From an uncultured Acidobacteriota bacterium (GTDB lineage Bacteria; Acidobacteriota; Thermoanaerobaculia; UBA5066), in NCBI GenBank assembly GCA_963779415.1, contig CAVZYA010000002.1:448001-512000 (forward strand): a stretch of 64,000 bases of DNA. Direction: 5' to 3'. Positions 20,822 to 29,393 of the stretch are shown piece after piece. Below the pieces are notes generated by a model that worked only from the letters and a program-made list of their open reading frames with translations, did no database searches and had not been told where the DNA came from. The first letter of the stretch is position 1; each line of letters begins with the position of its first letter. A program made the position numbers and the translations under genes.

Positions 20822-21207
20822 CGCGGTTTCTTCGCCGGCTTCTTCTTCCGCGCCGGAGCGGGCCGCCGCGACGTCGAGGAGTCGAGGACCCACTTCGCGA
20901 AGAGGGGATCGGCGCACGCCGTCGCAAAGCCGAGGACCTCGGGAAGGTCGTAGACGTTGAGCCGCCGGATCGCTTCCCGCAGGGCGTCGAATCTCTCCGG
21001 CGCCGTCTTGACCAGGAGCATCCACTCGGTGTCGTCGTTCACCTTCCCTTTCCAGAAGAAGACCGACCGGATGCGGGGGACGATGTTGATGCAGGCGGCG
21101 AGATGCTTGCCGACGAGTTCGTGCGCGATCTCGAGGGCCTGCTGCTCGGTCCCGACGGTCGTGAAGACGACGAGAACGGAAGAGGGGTGGCCCTTGACGC
21201 TCTTCAT
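20818..21207 (-). CDS. cutA: Divalent-cation tolerance protein CutA
   Basis: LVGKHLAACINI...SVFFWKG...E..LLVKT...YDLPE. Confidence 0.9.
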   Translation of the reverse strand: MKSVKGHPSSVLVVFTTVGTEQQALEIAHELVGKHLAACINIVPRIRSVFFWKGKVNDDTEWMLLVKTAPERFDALREAIRRLNVYDLPEVLGFATACADPLFAKWVLDSSTSRRPAPARKKKPAKKPR

Positions 21208-21313
21208 GGCCCAGACGTTAGGGACACGTGCGGAGGAGCGTCAAGGGAAGCGGATGCACCATTCCCCGGCCTCCGAGCCTCCGGTTGATCCCCGTGCTAC
21301 CCTTCAGGGGAGT

Positions 21314-21674
21314 GGGGGCGCACCGGTTTCGACGGGGCATCCTGCGATCGAGGAGCACGCCGAGCATGCCGTTTGACTCGTAAAAACGACGGCAAAATTT
21401 AGCTGCCAACAACAGCGAACTCGCTCTCGCGGCCTAATTAGAGCCGTGACGGAGGTCGGGGGGCTCGCCCGAGGCACCTCGGACTCTGGCGCGAAAGTCG
21501 GGCTGGGAAAGGTCCCGCCGCCTGAAGGACCGATCCGAGATGTTCAGGCTCGCCGCCCGCCCGGTCGCCCGGACCTGACGACGGCGCGGTTAAACAAATA
21601 AGTTCGGGCTGAGCGTGGAGAATCTCGACGTACGGTTACTTCGGACGGGGGTTCGACTCCCCCCGCCTCCACCA
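21314..21674 (+). ncRNA. ssrA: tmRNA; tag reading frame 21405-21437 ANNSELALAA*
   Basis: 5' GGGGGCG...GGTTTCGAC, tag ending ALAA-TAA, T-arm GGGGGTTCGACTCCCCC and acceptor end CGCCTCCACCA. Confidence 0.97.
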
Positions 21675-21770
21675 CTCTTTCCTCCCTTGCGCGGCGTTAT
21701 CCCGGGGCCCCGGCATCGCCGCCGCCGGACGCCTCTATCTTTCGCCCTCCGGGAGGAACGGGCTCCTGTC

Positions 21771-21792
21771 ATACACGGTATCCGTGTATAAT
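21771..21792 (+). promoter_or_regulatory. higBA operator palindrome overlapping the -10 box
   Basis: ATACACGG-TAT-CCGTGTAT overlaps TATAAT (21787-92) just upstream of the toxin start. Confidence 0.7.
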
Positions 21793-21800
21793 GTTCTCCC

Positions 21801-22091
21801 GTGATCCGGTCGTTCGGCGACACGGCCACGGAACAGGTCTTCTATGGGGAGGAAGGCCGGGTCGCTCGCCGGCTTCCGAAGGAGTTGTGGGCCTTGATTC
21901 GTCGAAAGCTTGACGCCCTTCAGGCGGCGAAAGCGCTGGCCGACCTGCGTGTGCCTCCCGGGAATCGCCTGGAGGCCCTGAAGGGCGATCTGAAGGGGCG
22001 GCACAGCATCCGCGTCAACGAGAAATATCGCATCACGTTCCGGTTCGAAGATGGCCATGCATGGGAGGTGCGCTGTGAGGACTACCACTGA
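21801..22091 (+). CDS. higB: HigB-type RelE/ParE toxin
   Basis: MIRSFGD...DLRVPPGNRLEALKGD..GRHSIRVN..YRITFRF...DYH. Confidence 0.92.
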   Translation: MIRSFGDTATEQVFYGEEGRVARRLPKELWALIRRKLDALQAAKALADLRVPPGNRLEALKGDLKGRHSIRVNEKYRITFRFEDGHAWEVRCEDYH

Positions 22092-22383
22092 CTCGCCCGT
22101 CGACGTCCGCCGGATGAAGCGGCCGCCCACACACCCCGGCGAGATGCTGCTGGAAGAGTTTCTCAAGCCGCTCGGAATGAGCCAGGCCAACGCCGCGCGC
22201 CGAATGGAGATTTCGACGAACCGGCTCAACGAGCTGATCCGGGGAAAGCGTGGCGTCACGGCCGACACCGCCCTTCGCCTCGCCGACCTTCTGGGTACGT
22301 CGCCCGAGTTCTGGCTCAATTTGCAGACGGGCTGGGACCTCTGGCACGCCTACCGCGCGGAGCGGTCCATCTCGGCAGCTTGA
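22075..22383 (+). CDS. higA: HigA antitoxin, Xre-type HTH (alternative start 22114)
   Basis: PTHPGEMLLEEFL.PLGMSQ...GKRGVTADTALRL...SPEFWLNLQ. Confidence 0.92.
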   Translation: MRTTTDSPVDVRRMKRPPTHPGEMLLEEFLKPLGMSQANAARRMEISTNRLNELIRGKRGVTADTALRLADLLGTSPEFWLNLQTGWDLWHAYRAERSISAA

Positions 22384-22480
22384 TTCCGCGCCCTGGGCGC
22401 GCGGCCGCGAGGCGGCTCACGACGATGGCCGGCAGATCGCGATCCCGCGCCAGCCGGGCGTAGGTCTACGATCGCCGGCG

Positions 22481-23762
22481 ATGAGGGTGCTGCTCATCTC
22501 GTCCAACACCGAGCGGATCAACATGGTGACGATCCCGCTCGGGCTGGGGCTGGTTGCGGCCGCCACGCGGCGCGCCGGGCACACCGTGACGTTCCTCGAC
22601 CTCCTCTCCGAGGCCGACCCGGTCGCCGCGGTCCACCGCGCCGTGGGCGACTTCGCGCCCGACGTGATCGGAATCTCGGTGCGCAACATCGACGATCAGA
22701 CGAGAGAGGCCCCGCGCTTTCTCCTCTCCCAGGTCCGGCCGGTGGTCGAGGCTTGCCGAAGCTGCACGGACGCCCCGGTCGTCGTGGGGGGCGCGGGCTA
22801 CTCCATCTTCCCGGTCGCCGCCCTTCGCTACCTCGGCGCGGACCTCGGGGTGGCCGGTGACGGGGAAGCCGTCTTTCCCGCGCTCCTCGAGCGGCTCCAT
22901 GCGGGACGTGACCCTTCCGGGCTCCCCGGCGTTCACGTGGCGGGGCGGACGGGAGCCGCGGAGCCTTCCTTCTCGGAGGATCTGGGGACGCTCCCCCTGT
23001 GGGACGACGCGCTCCGCGCCGGGGCCGACCCGGCGCGCGAGGATCTCTGGATTCCGGTCCAGAGCCGGCGCGGCTGCCCGAACGACTGCTCCTACTGCTC
23101 GACGTCGCGCATCCAGGGGCGGCGCATCCGGACGCCGCCCGGCGCGGGAGGTCGCGCAGCACGTCGGCGCTCTCGCCGCCGCCGGCTATCGACGGATCTA
23201 CTTCGTCGACAACTCGTTCAACATCCCCGAACCGCACGCCCGGGAACTCTGTCAGGCGCTCGGCGGGATCGAGCCCCGCGTCGAGTGGCGCTGCATCCTC
23301 TATCCGCATCTCGTCCGGGAGGAGCTGGTCCGGGCCATGGCCGAGGCCGGATGCGTGGAGGTCTCGCTCGGCTTCGAGAGCGGCAGCCTCGCGGTCCTTC
23401 GCGAGATGAACAAGCGATTCACCCCGGCCGACGTCCGGGAGATCTCGGGCCTTCTCGCCGCCCACGGCATCCGGCGGATGGGCTTTCTCCTTCTCGGCGG
23501 GCCGGGCGAGACCCGGGAGACGGTCGAGGAGAGCCTCGCCTTCGCCACGTCGCTGAACCTCGAGTCGCTCCGGATCACGGTCGGGATCCGCATCTACCCG
23601 GGGACGCCGCTCGCCCGGCGGGCCCTCGAGGAAGGGGTCATCTCGGCGGACGACGATCTCCTCTTCCCCCGCTTCTACCTCGCGCCCGGCCTCGAGCCGT
23701 GGATTCACCAGCGCGTGGCGGCTCATGCCGCAACCGGCCGGGAGGCCGTTCAGAAACCATAA
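22481..23762 (+). CDS. B12-binding radical SAM protein (frameshift near 23140)
   Basis: PLGLGLVAA, GISVRNIDD, SRRGCPNDCSYC (CxxxCxxC), YFVDNSFN, LGFESGS, GGPGET. Confidence 0.88.
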
Positions 23763-23812
23763 CCGTAAGGAAGGCGGGCGCGTCATCAGCCCCGACGATG
23801 TCGCGTGACGAG

Positions 23813-23829
23813 TGCTATCAGTGATATCA
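23813..23829 (+). promoter_or_regulatory. FitA-like operator
   Basis: TGCTATCA-G-TGATATCA; TGCTATCA is the half-site described for Neisseria FitAB. Confidence 0.55.
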
Positions 23830-23853
23830 TCACGGATCGACGGAGGTGCCTCG

Positions 23854-24087
23854 ATGTCCCAGCTGATCGTCCGAAACCTCCCCGAGGACGTCGTGCGAGG
23901 GCTCAAGCTCCGGGCCGCCCGCCACGGCCGGTCTGCCGAGGCAGAGCACCGTCTGATCCTGGAAGAAGCGCTCCGCCCGAAAGCGAGGTCGAAGAGCCTC
24001 AAGGACGCGCTCCTGGCCCTTCCCGAAGTCGGTGACGATGCGGATTTCGCCCCCAGACGCGAGCGCGGACGCAGGACCCGGCTGTGA
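23854..24087 (+). CDS. FitA-like ribbon-helix-helix antitoxin
   Basis: MSQLIVRNLPEDV...LKLRAARHGRSAEAEHRLIL; GGAGG RBS. Confidence 0.88.
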   Translation: MSQLIVRNLPEDVVRGLKLRAARHGRSAEAEHRLILEEALRPKARSKSLKDALLALPEVGDDADFAPRRERGRRTRL

Positions 24088-24518
24088 AGGTCCTCATCGA
24101 CACGAATGTCATCTCCGAGTTGCGAAAGGGGGCGCGCTGCGATCCGAACGTGGCGGCGTGGTTTGCCGCCTTGCCGGCCGACGGCATCTATCTGAGCGCC
24201 CTCGTCGTCGGCGAGATCCGGCAGGGGATCGAACGCATTCGGCGCCGGGACGCAAAGTCCGCGCGCTCTCTGGACGCATGGCTTCGGAGGCTCGTCGCCG
24301 CTCACGACGAAAGAATCCTCCCCGTGGACCGAAGAGTGGCGGAGGAATGGGGGCGAATGAACGTCCCGGATCCGGTGCCGGTCGTCGACGGCCTCATGGC
24401 CGCCACCGCAAAGGTCCACGACCTGATCCTTGCGACCCGGAACGTGAAGGACGTTTCCGGAACCGGCGCACGGGTCGTCAACCCCTTCGAGCTGTCCCCG
24501 GGCGTGGCGTCCCCATGA
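24084..24518 (+). CDS. vapC: PIN-domain toxin (VapC/FitB)
   Basis: LIDTNVISE, GEI..G, DGLMAATA..H.L..ATRN.KD. Confidence 0.92.
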   Translation: MKVLIDTNVISELRKGARCDPNVAAWFAALPADGIYLSALVVGEIRQGIERIRRRDAKSARSLDAWLRRLVAAHDERILPVDRRVAEEWGRMNVPDPVPVVDGLMAATAKVHDLILATRNVKDVSGTGARVVNPFELSPGVASP

Positions 24519-24539
24519 AGTACGGTCAGCGCCAGAGAA

Positions 24540-24672
24540 GGGGATGAAGACCCCGCCTTCCCGCTGCGCAGAGGAACCGGGCTGGTGGCACCCAGATGGC
24601 GGCTCGTCTACCAGGTTCTCGAGAAGGGGCGAACGGTGAAGACGCTTCGGATACTCGCGCACTACGAATGGC
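24540..24672 (+). pseudogene. Internally deleted remnant of a phd-yoeB module
   Basis: Matches about 25214-25277 joined to 25456-25529 of the intact module through shared CGGCTCG. Confidence 0.75.
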
Positions 24673-24741
24673 GCCGTCATTCTATTTTCCCGGTCCGGTT
24701 CGGCCGGCCGGATCTTTGCGCCGCCGTGTAGCATTCCTCTC

Positions 24742-24930
24742 ATGGGCAAGCCGCAGAAATCCTCCTTCGATCTCGCGATGGAACGGCTCGACGCCGCCGA
24801 TGGCGAGTCAGGGACAAAGAAGGCACCGCTGAGCCCCAGGCAGAAAGAGGAGATCGCCGAGGTCCGGCGCATCGCCTCTTCCAGCCTCGCGGAGCGGGAG
24901 ATCAAAGCGATCCGGAACCGCACGGAGTAG
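24742..24930 (+). pseudogene. Shortened paralogue of the hypothetical protein at 34651-34950
   Basis: LAMERL...QKE.IAE.RRIASS.LAEREI shared; most of the C-terminal third is missing. Confidence 0.7.
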
Positions 24931-24936
24931 CGCCGT

Positions 24937-24960
24937 CGCCTCCAACCGCGTCGCCGGCCC
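24937..24960 (+). repeat. tmRNA-core / MBL-fragment repeat, copy 1 (degenerate)
   Basis: CGCCTCCAACCGCGTCGCCGGCCC. Confidence 0.7.
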
Positions 24961-24971
24961 TGGCCGGAACC

Positions 24972-25000
24972 TTGCCAATCCGTACGCTTTTCCGTACGAT
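24972..25000 (+). promoter_or_regulatory. Sigma70-type promoter with CGTACG operator pair for phd-yoeB
   Basis: TTGCCA-17nt-TACGAT containing CGTACG-N6-CGTACG. Confidence 0.6.
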
Positions 25001-25018
25001 TCGAGCCGCGAGGTCCTC

Positions 25019-25261
25019 ATGCCCACCATTCGAGCCACCGAAGCGCGCGCCCGGCTCTACGGCCTTCTCGACGAGGCGGCCGAGACGCACGAACCGATCC
25101 GGATCACGGGACGCCGGAAGAACGCCATCCTCGTATCCGAGGAGGACTGGGACGCGATCCAGGAGACGCTCTACCTTCTGTCGGTTCCGGGGATGCGCGA
25201 GTCGATCCGGAAGGGGATGAAGACCCCGCTTTCCCGCACCTCGAAGGAACCGGGCTGGTGA
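25019..25261 (+). CDS. yefM: Phd/YefM antitoxin
   Basis: ATEARARLY.LLDE....EPIRIT....NAILVSEEDW.AIQETLYL. Confidence 0.9.
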   Translation: MPTIRATEARARLYGLLDEAAETHEPIRITGRRKNAILVSEEDWDAIQETLYLLSVPGMRESIRKGMKTPLSRTSKEPGW

Positions 25262-25527
25262 CGGCCGGCTGGCGGCTCGCCTTTACGTCCCAGGCCAGGA
25301 AGGACGCGAAGAAGATCGCAGCCGCCGGGCTCCGGCCGCAGACCCAGAAGCTCCTCGATCTCCTCGCCAAGGACCCTTTCGCTTCCCCCCCGAGGTTCGA
25401 GAAGCTCGTCGGCGACCTTTCCGGGGCGTACTCGCGGCGGATCAACATCCAGCACCGGCTCGTCTACCAGGTTCTCGAGAAGGAGAGGACGGTGAAGGTG
25501 CTTCGGATGTTCACGCACTACGAATAG
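25258..25527 (+). CDS. yoeB: Txe/YoeB toxin
   Basis: PPRFEKLVGDLSGAYSRRINIQHRLVY...HYE. Confidence 0.92.
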   Translation: MTAGWRLAFTSQARKDAKKIAAAGLRPQTQKLLDLLAKDPFASPPRFEKLVGDLSGAYSRRINIQHRLVYQVLEKERTVKVLRMFTHYE

Positions 25528-25533
25528 CGTTCT

Positions 25534-25586
25534 CCCCGCCTCCACCGGCGTCGCCGGCCCCGACCGCACGCTCGTTGAGCGCGGAT
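25534..25586 (+). repeat. tmRNA-core / MBL-fragment repeat, copy 2
   Basis: CCCCGCCTCCACCGGCGTCGCCGGCCCCGACCGCACGCTCG...; minus strand translates to RSGPATPVEAG. Confidence 0.85.
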
Positions 25587-25606
25587 CCGAGGGTTGATAA
25601 TCGCTG

Positions 25607-26089
25607 GTGATGATGGAGTTCGGTGAGCTGAAGAGGATTCTCGCGGCGTTCGAGAAGGAAAGCGTCCGATACGTCCTCGTCGGCTCGATGGCCATGGCCG
25701 CGCAGGGGCTGGTCCGCGCAACCAGGGACGTGGATTTCTTCGTCGCACCGGATCCGGAGAACGTCGATCGACTTCGTCTGGCGTTGAGAACCCTCTTCGA
25801 AAACGACCCGAACATTGATCAGATCTCGGCGGCCGACCTTGGGGGCGATTACCCGGCCGTTCAATACACCCCCCCCGACGCCCGCTATTCGATGGACATC
25901 CTCTCGCGGCTCGGCACCGCATTCCGCTACGAGGACCTGGAGTGGGAGATCGTCACCGTGGACGGGGTTTCGGCTCGGGTTGCCACGCCCCGTATGCTCT
26001 ACAGGATGAAGAAAGATACGGTCCGCCCCCAGGACCGCATGGACGCCGAGACGATCCGAAGCCGATTCGGGATTGAGGAGCAGCCGTGA
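25607..26089 (+). CDS. Pol-beta superfamily nucleotidyltransferase (AbiEii/DUF6036-like)
   Basis: YVLVGSMA...G..RATRDVD, MK..T.RPQDRMD. Confidence 0.78.
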   Translation: MMMEFGELKRILAAFEKESVRYVLVGSMAMAAQGLVRATRDVDFFVAPDPENVDRLRLALRTLFENDPNIDQISAADLGGDYPAVQYTPPDARYSMDILSRLGTAFRYEDLEWEIVTVDGVSARVATPRMLYRMKKDTVRPQDRMDAETIRSRFGIEEQP

Positions 26090-26583
26090 GCGTCCGGAAG
26101 TTCCGCTCGGCAGACGAGATGCCGGCACCGCCGCCGCTCACCCCACTCGATCCCGAGAACCTGCGGATTGCCTGCGAGCTCTCGAGCCTGGAGCTGCTCC
26201 GTCCCGTCCGGCGCACCCCCGGCGTGCGTAAATTCCGCTCGGTGGACGAGATGTCCCGGGCTCAGGAGCGGTCGGAAGCGGAATCGACCCCAGTGAACCG
26301 ACAACCACTTCCCCCGGAATCGCACGACCTCATTCGGCGGATCGCCGCAAGGTACGGAGTCCGGGACGTTCGTGTATTCGGCTCGTTCGTCCGGGGCGAG
26401 CAGCGGCCCGAAAGCGACCTCGATCTGCTGATTCATCTCGAAAAAGGCCGCGGCTTTTCCGATCTTCTCGGTTTCTGCGAGGAGGTCGAAAGCGCCCTCG
26501 GCAGGCACGTCGATGTCGTGACCGACGACGGCCTCAGTCCCTTCATTCGCGACCGGGTCCTGGCCGAAGCCGTGCCACTGTGA
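26086..26583 (+). CDS. Small VRKFRS-repeat protein fused in frame to an MNT antitoxin (internal GTG at 26293)
   Basis: N-terminal part has VRKFRS.DEM twice; C-terminal part has VFGS..RGE.RPESDLDLL...VDVVT. Confidence 0.8.
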   Translation: MSVRKFRSADEMPAPPPLTPLDPENLRIACELSSLELLRPVRRTPGVRKFRSVDEMSRAQERSEAESTPVNRQPLPPESHDLIRRIAARYGVRDVRVFGSFVRGEQRPESDLDLLIHLEKGRGFSDLLGFCEEVESALGRHVDVVTDDGLSPFIRDRVLAEAVPL

Positions 26584-26912
26584 AGGACGACGGACTCTAC
26601 CTTCGACACGTTCACGAGGCCATCGTCCGGATCCAGGAGTTCACCTCCGAAGGCGAAGCGGCCTTTCGACGAGATCTGAAGACCCAGGACGCGGTCATCC
26701 GCAACCTTCAGGTGATCGGTGAGGCGGCGAAGAAGGTCTCCGCCGAGACTCGGGCCGCCCATCCCGACGTCCCCTGGAAGAGCATGACGGGAATGCGGGA
26801 CCGGATCGTTCACGACTACTTTGGCGTCTCGCTCGAAATCGTCTGGGACGTCGTGGCGAATCACCTTCCGCCGATCCGCATTCAACTTCAGAAGCTGATC
26901 TCTGCCGGTTGA
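26580..26912 (+). CDS. HEPN (DUF86) ribonuclease toxin
   Basis: DAVIRNLQVIGEA, PW..MTGMRDRIVHDY (RX4H motif). Confidence 0.92.
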   Translation: MKDDGLYLRHVHEAIVRIQEFTSEGEAAFRRDLKTQDAVIRNLQVIGEAAKKVSAETRAAHPDVPWKSMTGMRDRIVHDYFGVSLEIVWDVVANHLPPIRIQLQKLISAG

Positions 26913-26934
26913 CGTCTCCCTCCGCCACCCCCCG

Positions 26935-27139
26935 CCCCGCGTCCACCAGAACCCGCGCCATCCCCGCCTCCACCCGCGTCGCCGGCCCGGACCGCGCGCT
27001 ACTCGGCCGCGGGTTGCCGGTGCCGAGAAGCGTGATGCGGAGGGACCCCGGCGGGGGAGGCGCCTACGCGGCCACGAGCCGCAGGTCGGCGAATAGCGCG
27101 ACCACGGCTCCTAACCGCAGCGATTTCATGGGGAGGGGG
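26935..27139 (+). repeat. tmRNA-core / MBL-fragment repeat, copy 3, with an extra degenerate core at 26935-48
   Basis: CCCCGCGTCCACCA, then CCCCGCCTCCACCCGCGTCGCCGG...GATTTCATGGGGAGGG; minus strand reads MKSLR...*...LRITLLGTGNPRPSSARSGPATRVEAG. Confidence 0.88.
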
Positions 27140-27230
27140 TCTGGGGCGCGGGAGCCGTACTCTCTCTCCGATCGCTCGGCTCCGAATCCCAAGGTGCAGG
27201 AGTAAAGTAGCCGGGAAAGAAGGCGAGGCG

Positions 27231-27458
27231 ATGTCCCAGACGAGGCTCTTGACCGCAATCATCGAAAAGGAAGGCGACGGATACGTCGCCCTGTGCCCGG
27301 AGGTCGACGTCGCCAGCCAAGGCCAGAACGTCGAAGAGGCACGCTCGAACCTCAAGGAGGCCCTCGAGCTCTTCTTCGAGTCGGCCGATGCCTCGGAAAT
27401 CGCCCAGCGCTTCGGCAGCGAAGTCTTCATAACGCAGGTCGAAGTCGCCGTTGGGTAG
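27231..27458 (+). CDS. hicB: Short HicB-like antitoxin
   Basis: IIEKEGDGYVALCPEVDVASQG.NVEEA..NLKEALEL. Confidence 0.88.
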   Translation: MSQTRLLTAIIEKEGDGYVALCPEVDVASQGQNVEEARSNLKEALELFFESADASEIAQRFGSEVFITQVEVAVG

Positions 27459-27672
27459 GCTGCGGGTTCTGTCGGGAAGAGATGTCTGCGCGATCCTTTC
27501 CCGGCACGGATTCGAGCTGGTTCGGCAGCGAGGGAGCCACGCTGTGATGCAGGCTCGCGATACTTCGGGAACAGTGACTGTCCCCGTTCCCCTGCACTCC
27601 GAGCTGAAGATGGGGACGCTGCAGTCGATCATCAGGCAGTCCCGCCTGCCGCGGTCCCTCTTCGAAATCTGA
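27451..27672 (+). CDS. hicA: HicA toxin
   Basis: GF...RQRGSH...VPVP.H.EL..GTL.SI.RQ. Confidence 0.9.
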   Translation: MGRLRVLSGRDVCAILSRHGFELVRQRGSHAVMQARDTSGTVTVPVPLHSELKMGTLQSIIRQSRLPRSLFEI

Positions 27673-27684
27673 GCGTCGCGTCGT

Positions 27685-27861
27685 CCCCGCCTCCACCAGC
27701 GTCGCCGGCCCCGACCTCGCGCTCGACGGGCGCGGATTGCCGGCGCCGAAAAGCGCGATGCGAAGGGACGCCGGCGGGGGAGGCGCATCCGCGGCAAGAA
27801 GCCCGGAGGCGGCGAAAAGCGCCACCATGATCCTCGCCCGCAGCGATTTCATGGGGAGGGA
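27685..27861 (+). repeat. tmRNA-core / MBL-fragment repeat, copy 4 (exact 14-bp CCCCGCCTCCACCA)
   Basis: Identical to ssrA 21661-21674; minus strand from ATG 27852 reads MKSLRARIMVALF...LRIALFGAGNPRPSSARSGPATLVEAG. Confidence 0.9.
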
Positions 27862-27888
27862 GTTTAGGAGTCGGGGAAGTGGCAGGAG

Positions 27889-27940
27889 TTGACTTGCTTT
27901 GAATGTTTACTATAATTAGAGCGTTTACGGAAACGTAAAC
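27889..27940 (+). promoter_or_regulatory. Sigma70-type promoter and operator palindrome
   Basis: TTGACT-16nt-TATAAT; GTTTACG-GAAA-CGTAAAC at 27923-40. Confidence 0.7.
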
Positions 27941-27949
27941 ATAGACCTT

Positions 27950-29077
27950 ATGGCGAACGAATCGGATCTGGAGCAGCGAGGGCGACGAGCGCTGGAGAAG
28001 TACTTCTCAGACTCCGGCATTGCCGTGCGCTGGCTGAGGAGCCAATCCCGTGAGGGCTGGAGGCCGGACGCGGAACTCGACCTCGCACTCCCGAACGGGG
28101 AGCGGCGGCGGTGCATCGTCGAGTTTCAGTCGAATGCCCGCCGGCTGCCGATCGAACACGCGCTTCTTCAGCTGAGAAACCAGCTGCTGCGCTCCTCGCA
28201 AATCGCGCCGGTCTCTTCCTCCTGGCGGGATCTGTCCCGGATCGCCCAGCCTGTGGTGGTCGCGGAGCATCTTGGCCGGCCGATGCGTGACTGGCTTCGC
28301 CGTGAGGGAGTCTGGTTCGGGGACCTCTCGGGAAACCGGTTTTTCTCGGCGCCGGGCTTGCTGGTGGACCGGGAGGTCGCGGAGAAGTCCGGCAAGAGCC
28401 GGGAGCCTGCCCCGAGCGTCTTCGCCGACAGGAACTCGCGTCTCCTTCGCTATCTTTTCCTGCGAGGGCGGCAGGAGATCGGAGTGCGGGAACTTGCCGG
28501 GAAACTGGGAATCAGCGCCTCATCCGTGTCGAACGGCCTGAAGAAGCTCGAAGAGATGAGCTACCTGGAGCGAAAGAGCGGGGACATCCGCCTCCTGGCC
28601 CGGGAGGACCTCCTCGAGGAGTGGGTCTCGTTCTACCGGCCGCGATTTCGTCGCCAGGTCGAATCCCGCTACTACGTCCATGCCAGAAGCGCGGAAGCCG
28701 TGGTGGAGAAGATCCGCTCCAGCCCGCTGGCGCGCGATCCAGGTTACGCACTCGGCCTTCATGCCGGCGCGTCGCTCGTCGCGCCGTTCGTTCAGTTCCA
28801 GGAGGCGCACGCCTACGTTCCGCCGGAGTCGGGGAGTCTCGAACAGCGTCTGGTAGCGGCTCTGGGCGCAAAGCCTGCGGAAGCCGAGGCGAATCTGGTC
28901 TTCCTCGAGCCTTTCTACAAACACTCCGTGCTCTTCGAGGCGCGAGACGTCAAGGGCGTCCGCGTGGTCAGCGACCTGCAACTCTATCTGGACCTGATGT
29001 GCTACCCGCGGCGGGGAAAAGAGCAGGCCGAGGTTGTCCTCGAGCGACGGCTGAGGCCCGCCTGGTCGAAATCGTGA
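27950..29077 (+). CDS. AbiEi-like (type IV TA) antitoxin / wHTH regulator
   Basis: DLSGN, HTH GVRELAGKLGISASSVS, LLEEW, VVSDLQLYLDL....RGKEQA. Confidence 0.75.
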   Translation: MANESDLEQRGRRALEKYFSDSGIAVRWLRSQSREGWRPDAELDLALPNGERRRCIVEFQSNARRLPIEHALLQLRNQLLRSSQIAPVSSSWRDLSRIAQPVVVAEHLGRPMRDWLRREGVWFGDLSGNRFFSAPGLLVDREVAEKSGKSREPAPSVFADRNSRLLRYLFLRGRQEIGVRELAGKLGISASSVSNGLKKLEEMSYLERKSGDIRLLAREDLLEEWVSFYRPRFRRQVESRYYVHARSAEAVVEKIRSSPLARDPGYALGLHAGASLVAPFVQFQEAHAYVPPESGSLEQRLVAALGAKPAEAEANLVFLEPFYKHSVLFEARDVKGVRVVSDLQLYLDLMCYPRRGKEQAEVVLERRLRPAWSKS

Positions 29078-29393
29078 AACTCGGCGGATTCGTCCATGCG
29101 CTGAAAGCTCTCGAACCCCGCCTCGCCGATATCGTCATCGTCGGCGGGTGGGCCTGGTTCCTGTATCGAAAGTACCTGGGCGGCGCGCGGAAGCTGCCCG
29201 GCGAATTTACCCTCGACGTCGATGTCGTCCTTCCGCGGCCGCTTCTGCCCGGGCCTGATCTGTACGACCTGCTGAAACGGGCCGACTTCGAGTACGAGCA
29301 ATCCGGGGACGACACGCCTCCGGTTACGCGGTACGCATGGCCTTCCAGACAGGAAGCAAAGGTCACCGTCGACTTTCTGACACCGGCACGAGC
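29074..29393 (+). pseudogene. Truncated AbiEii/GSU2403-like nucleotidyltransferase
   Basis: IVIVGGWAW, T.DVD, VDFLTP, then homology ends abruptly. Confidence 0.7.

Noticed and set aside
21218-21829. Short ORFs overlapping the tmRNA
   Set aside because: They are antisense to a clear ssrA gene.
24937-27861. CRISPR array interpretation of the CCCCGCCTCCACC repeats
   Set aside because: Spacing is 0.6-1.4 kb with whole genes between copies, repeats are diverged, and no cas genes are present.
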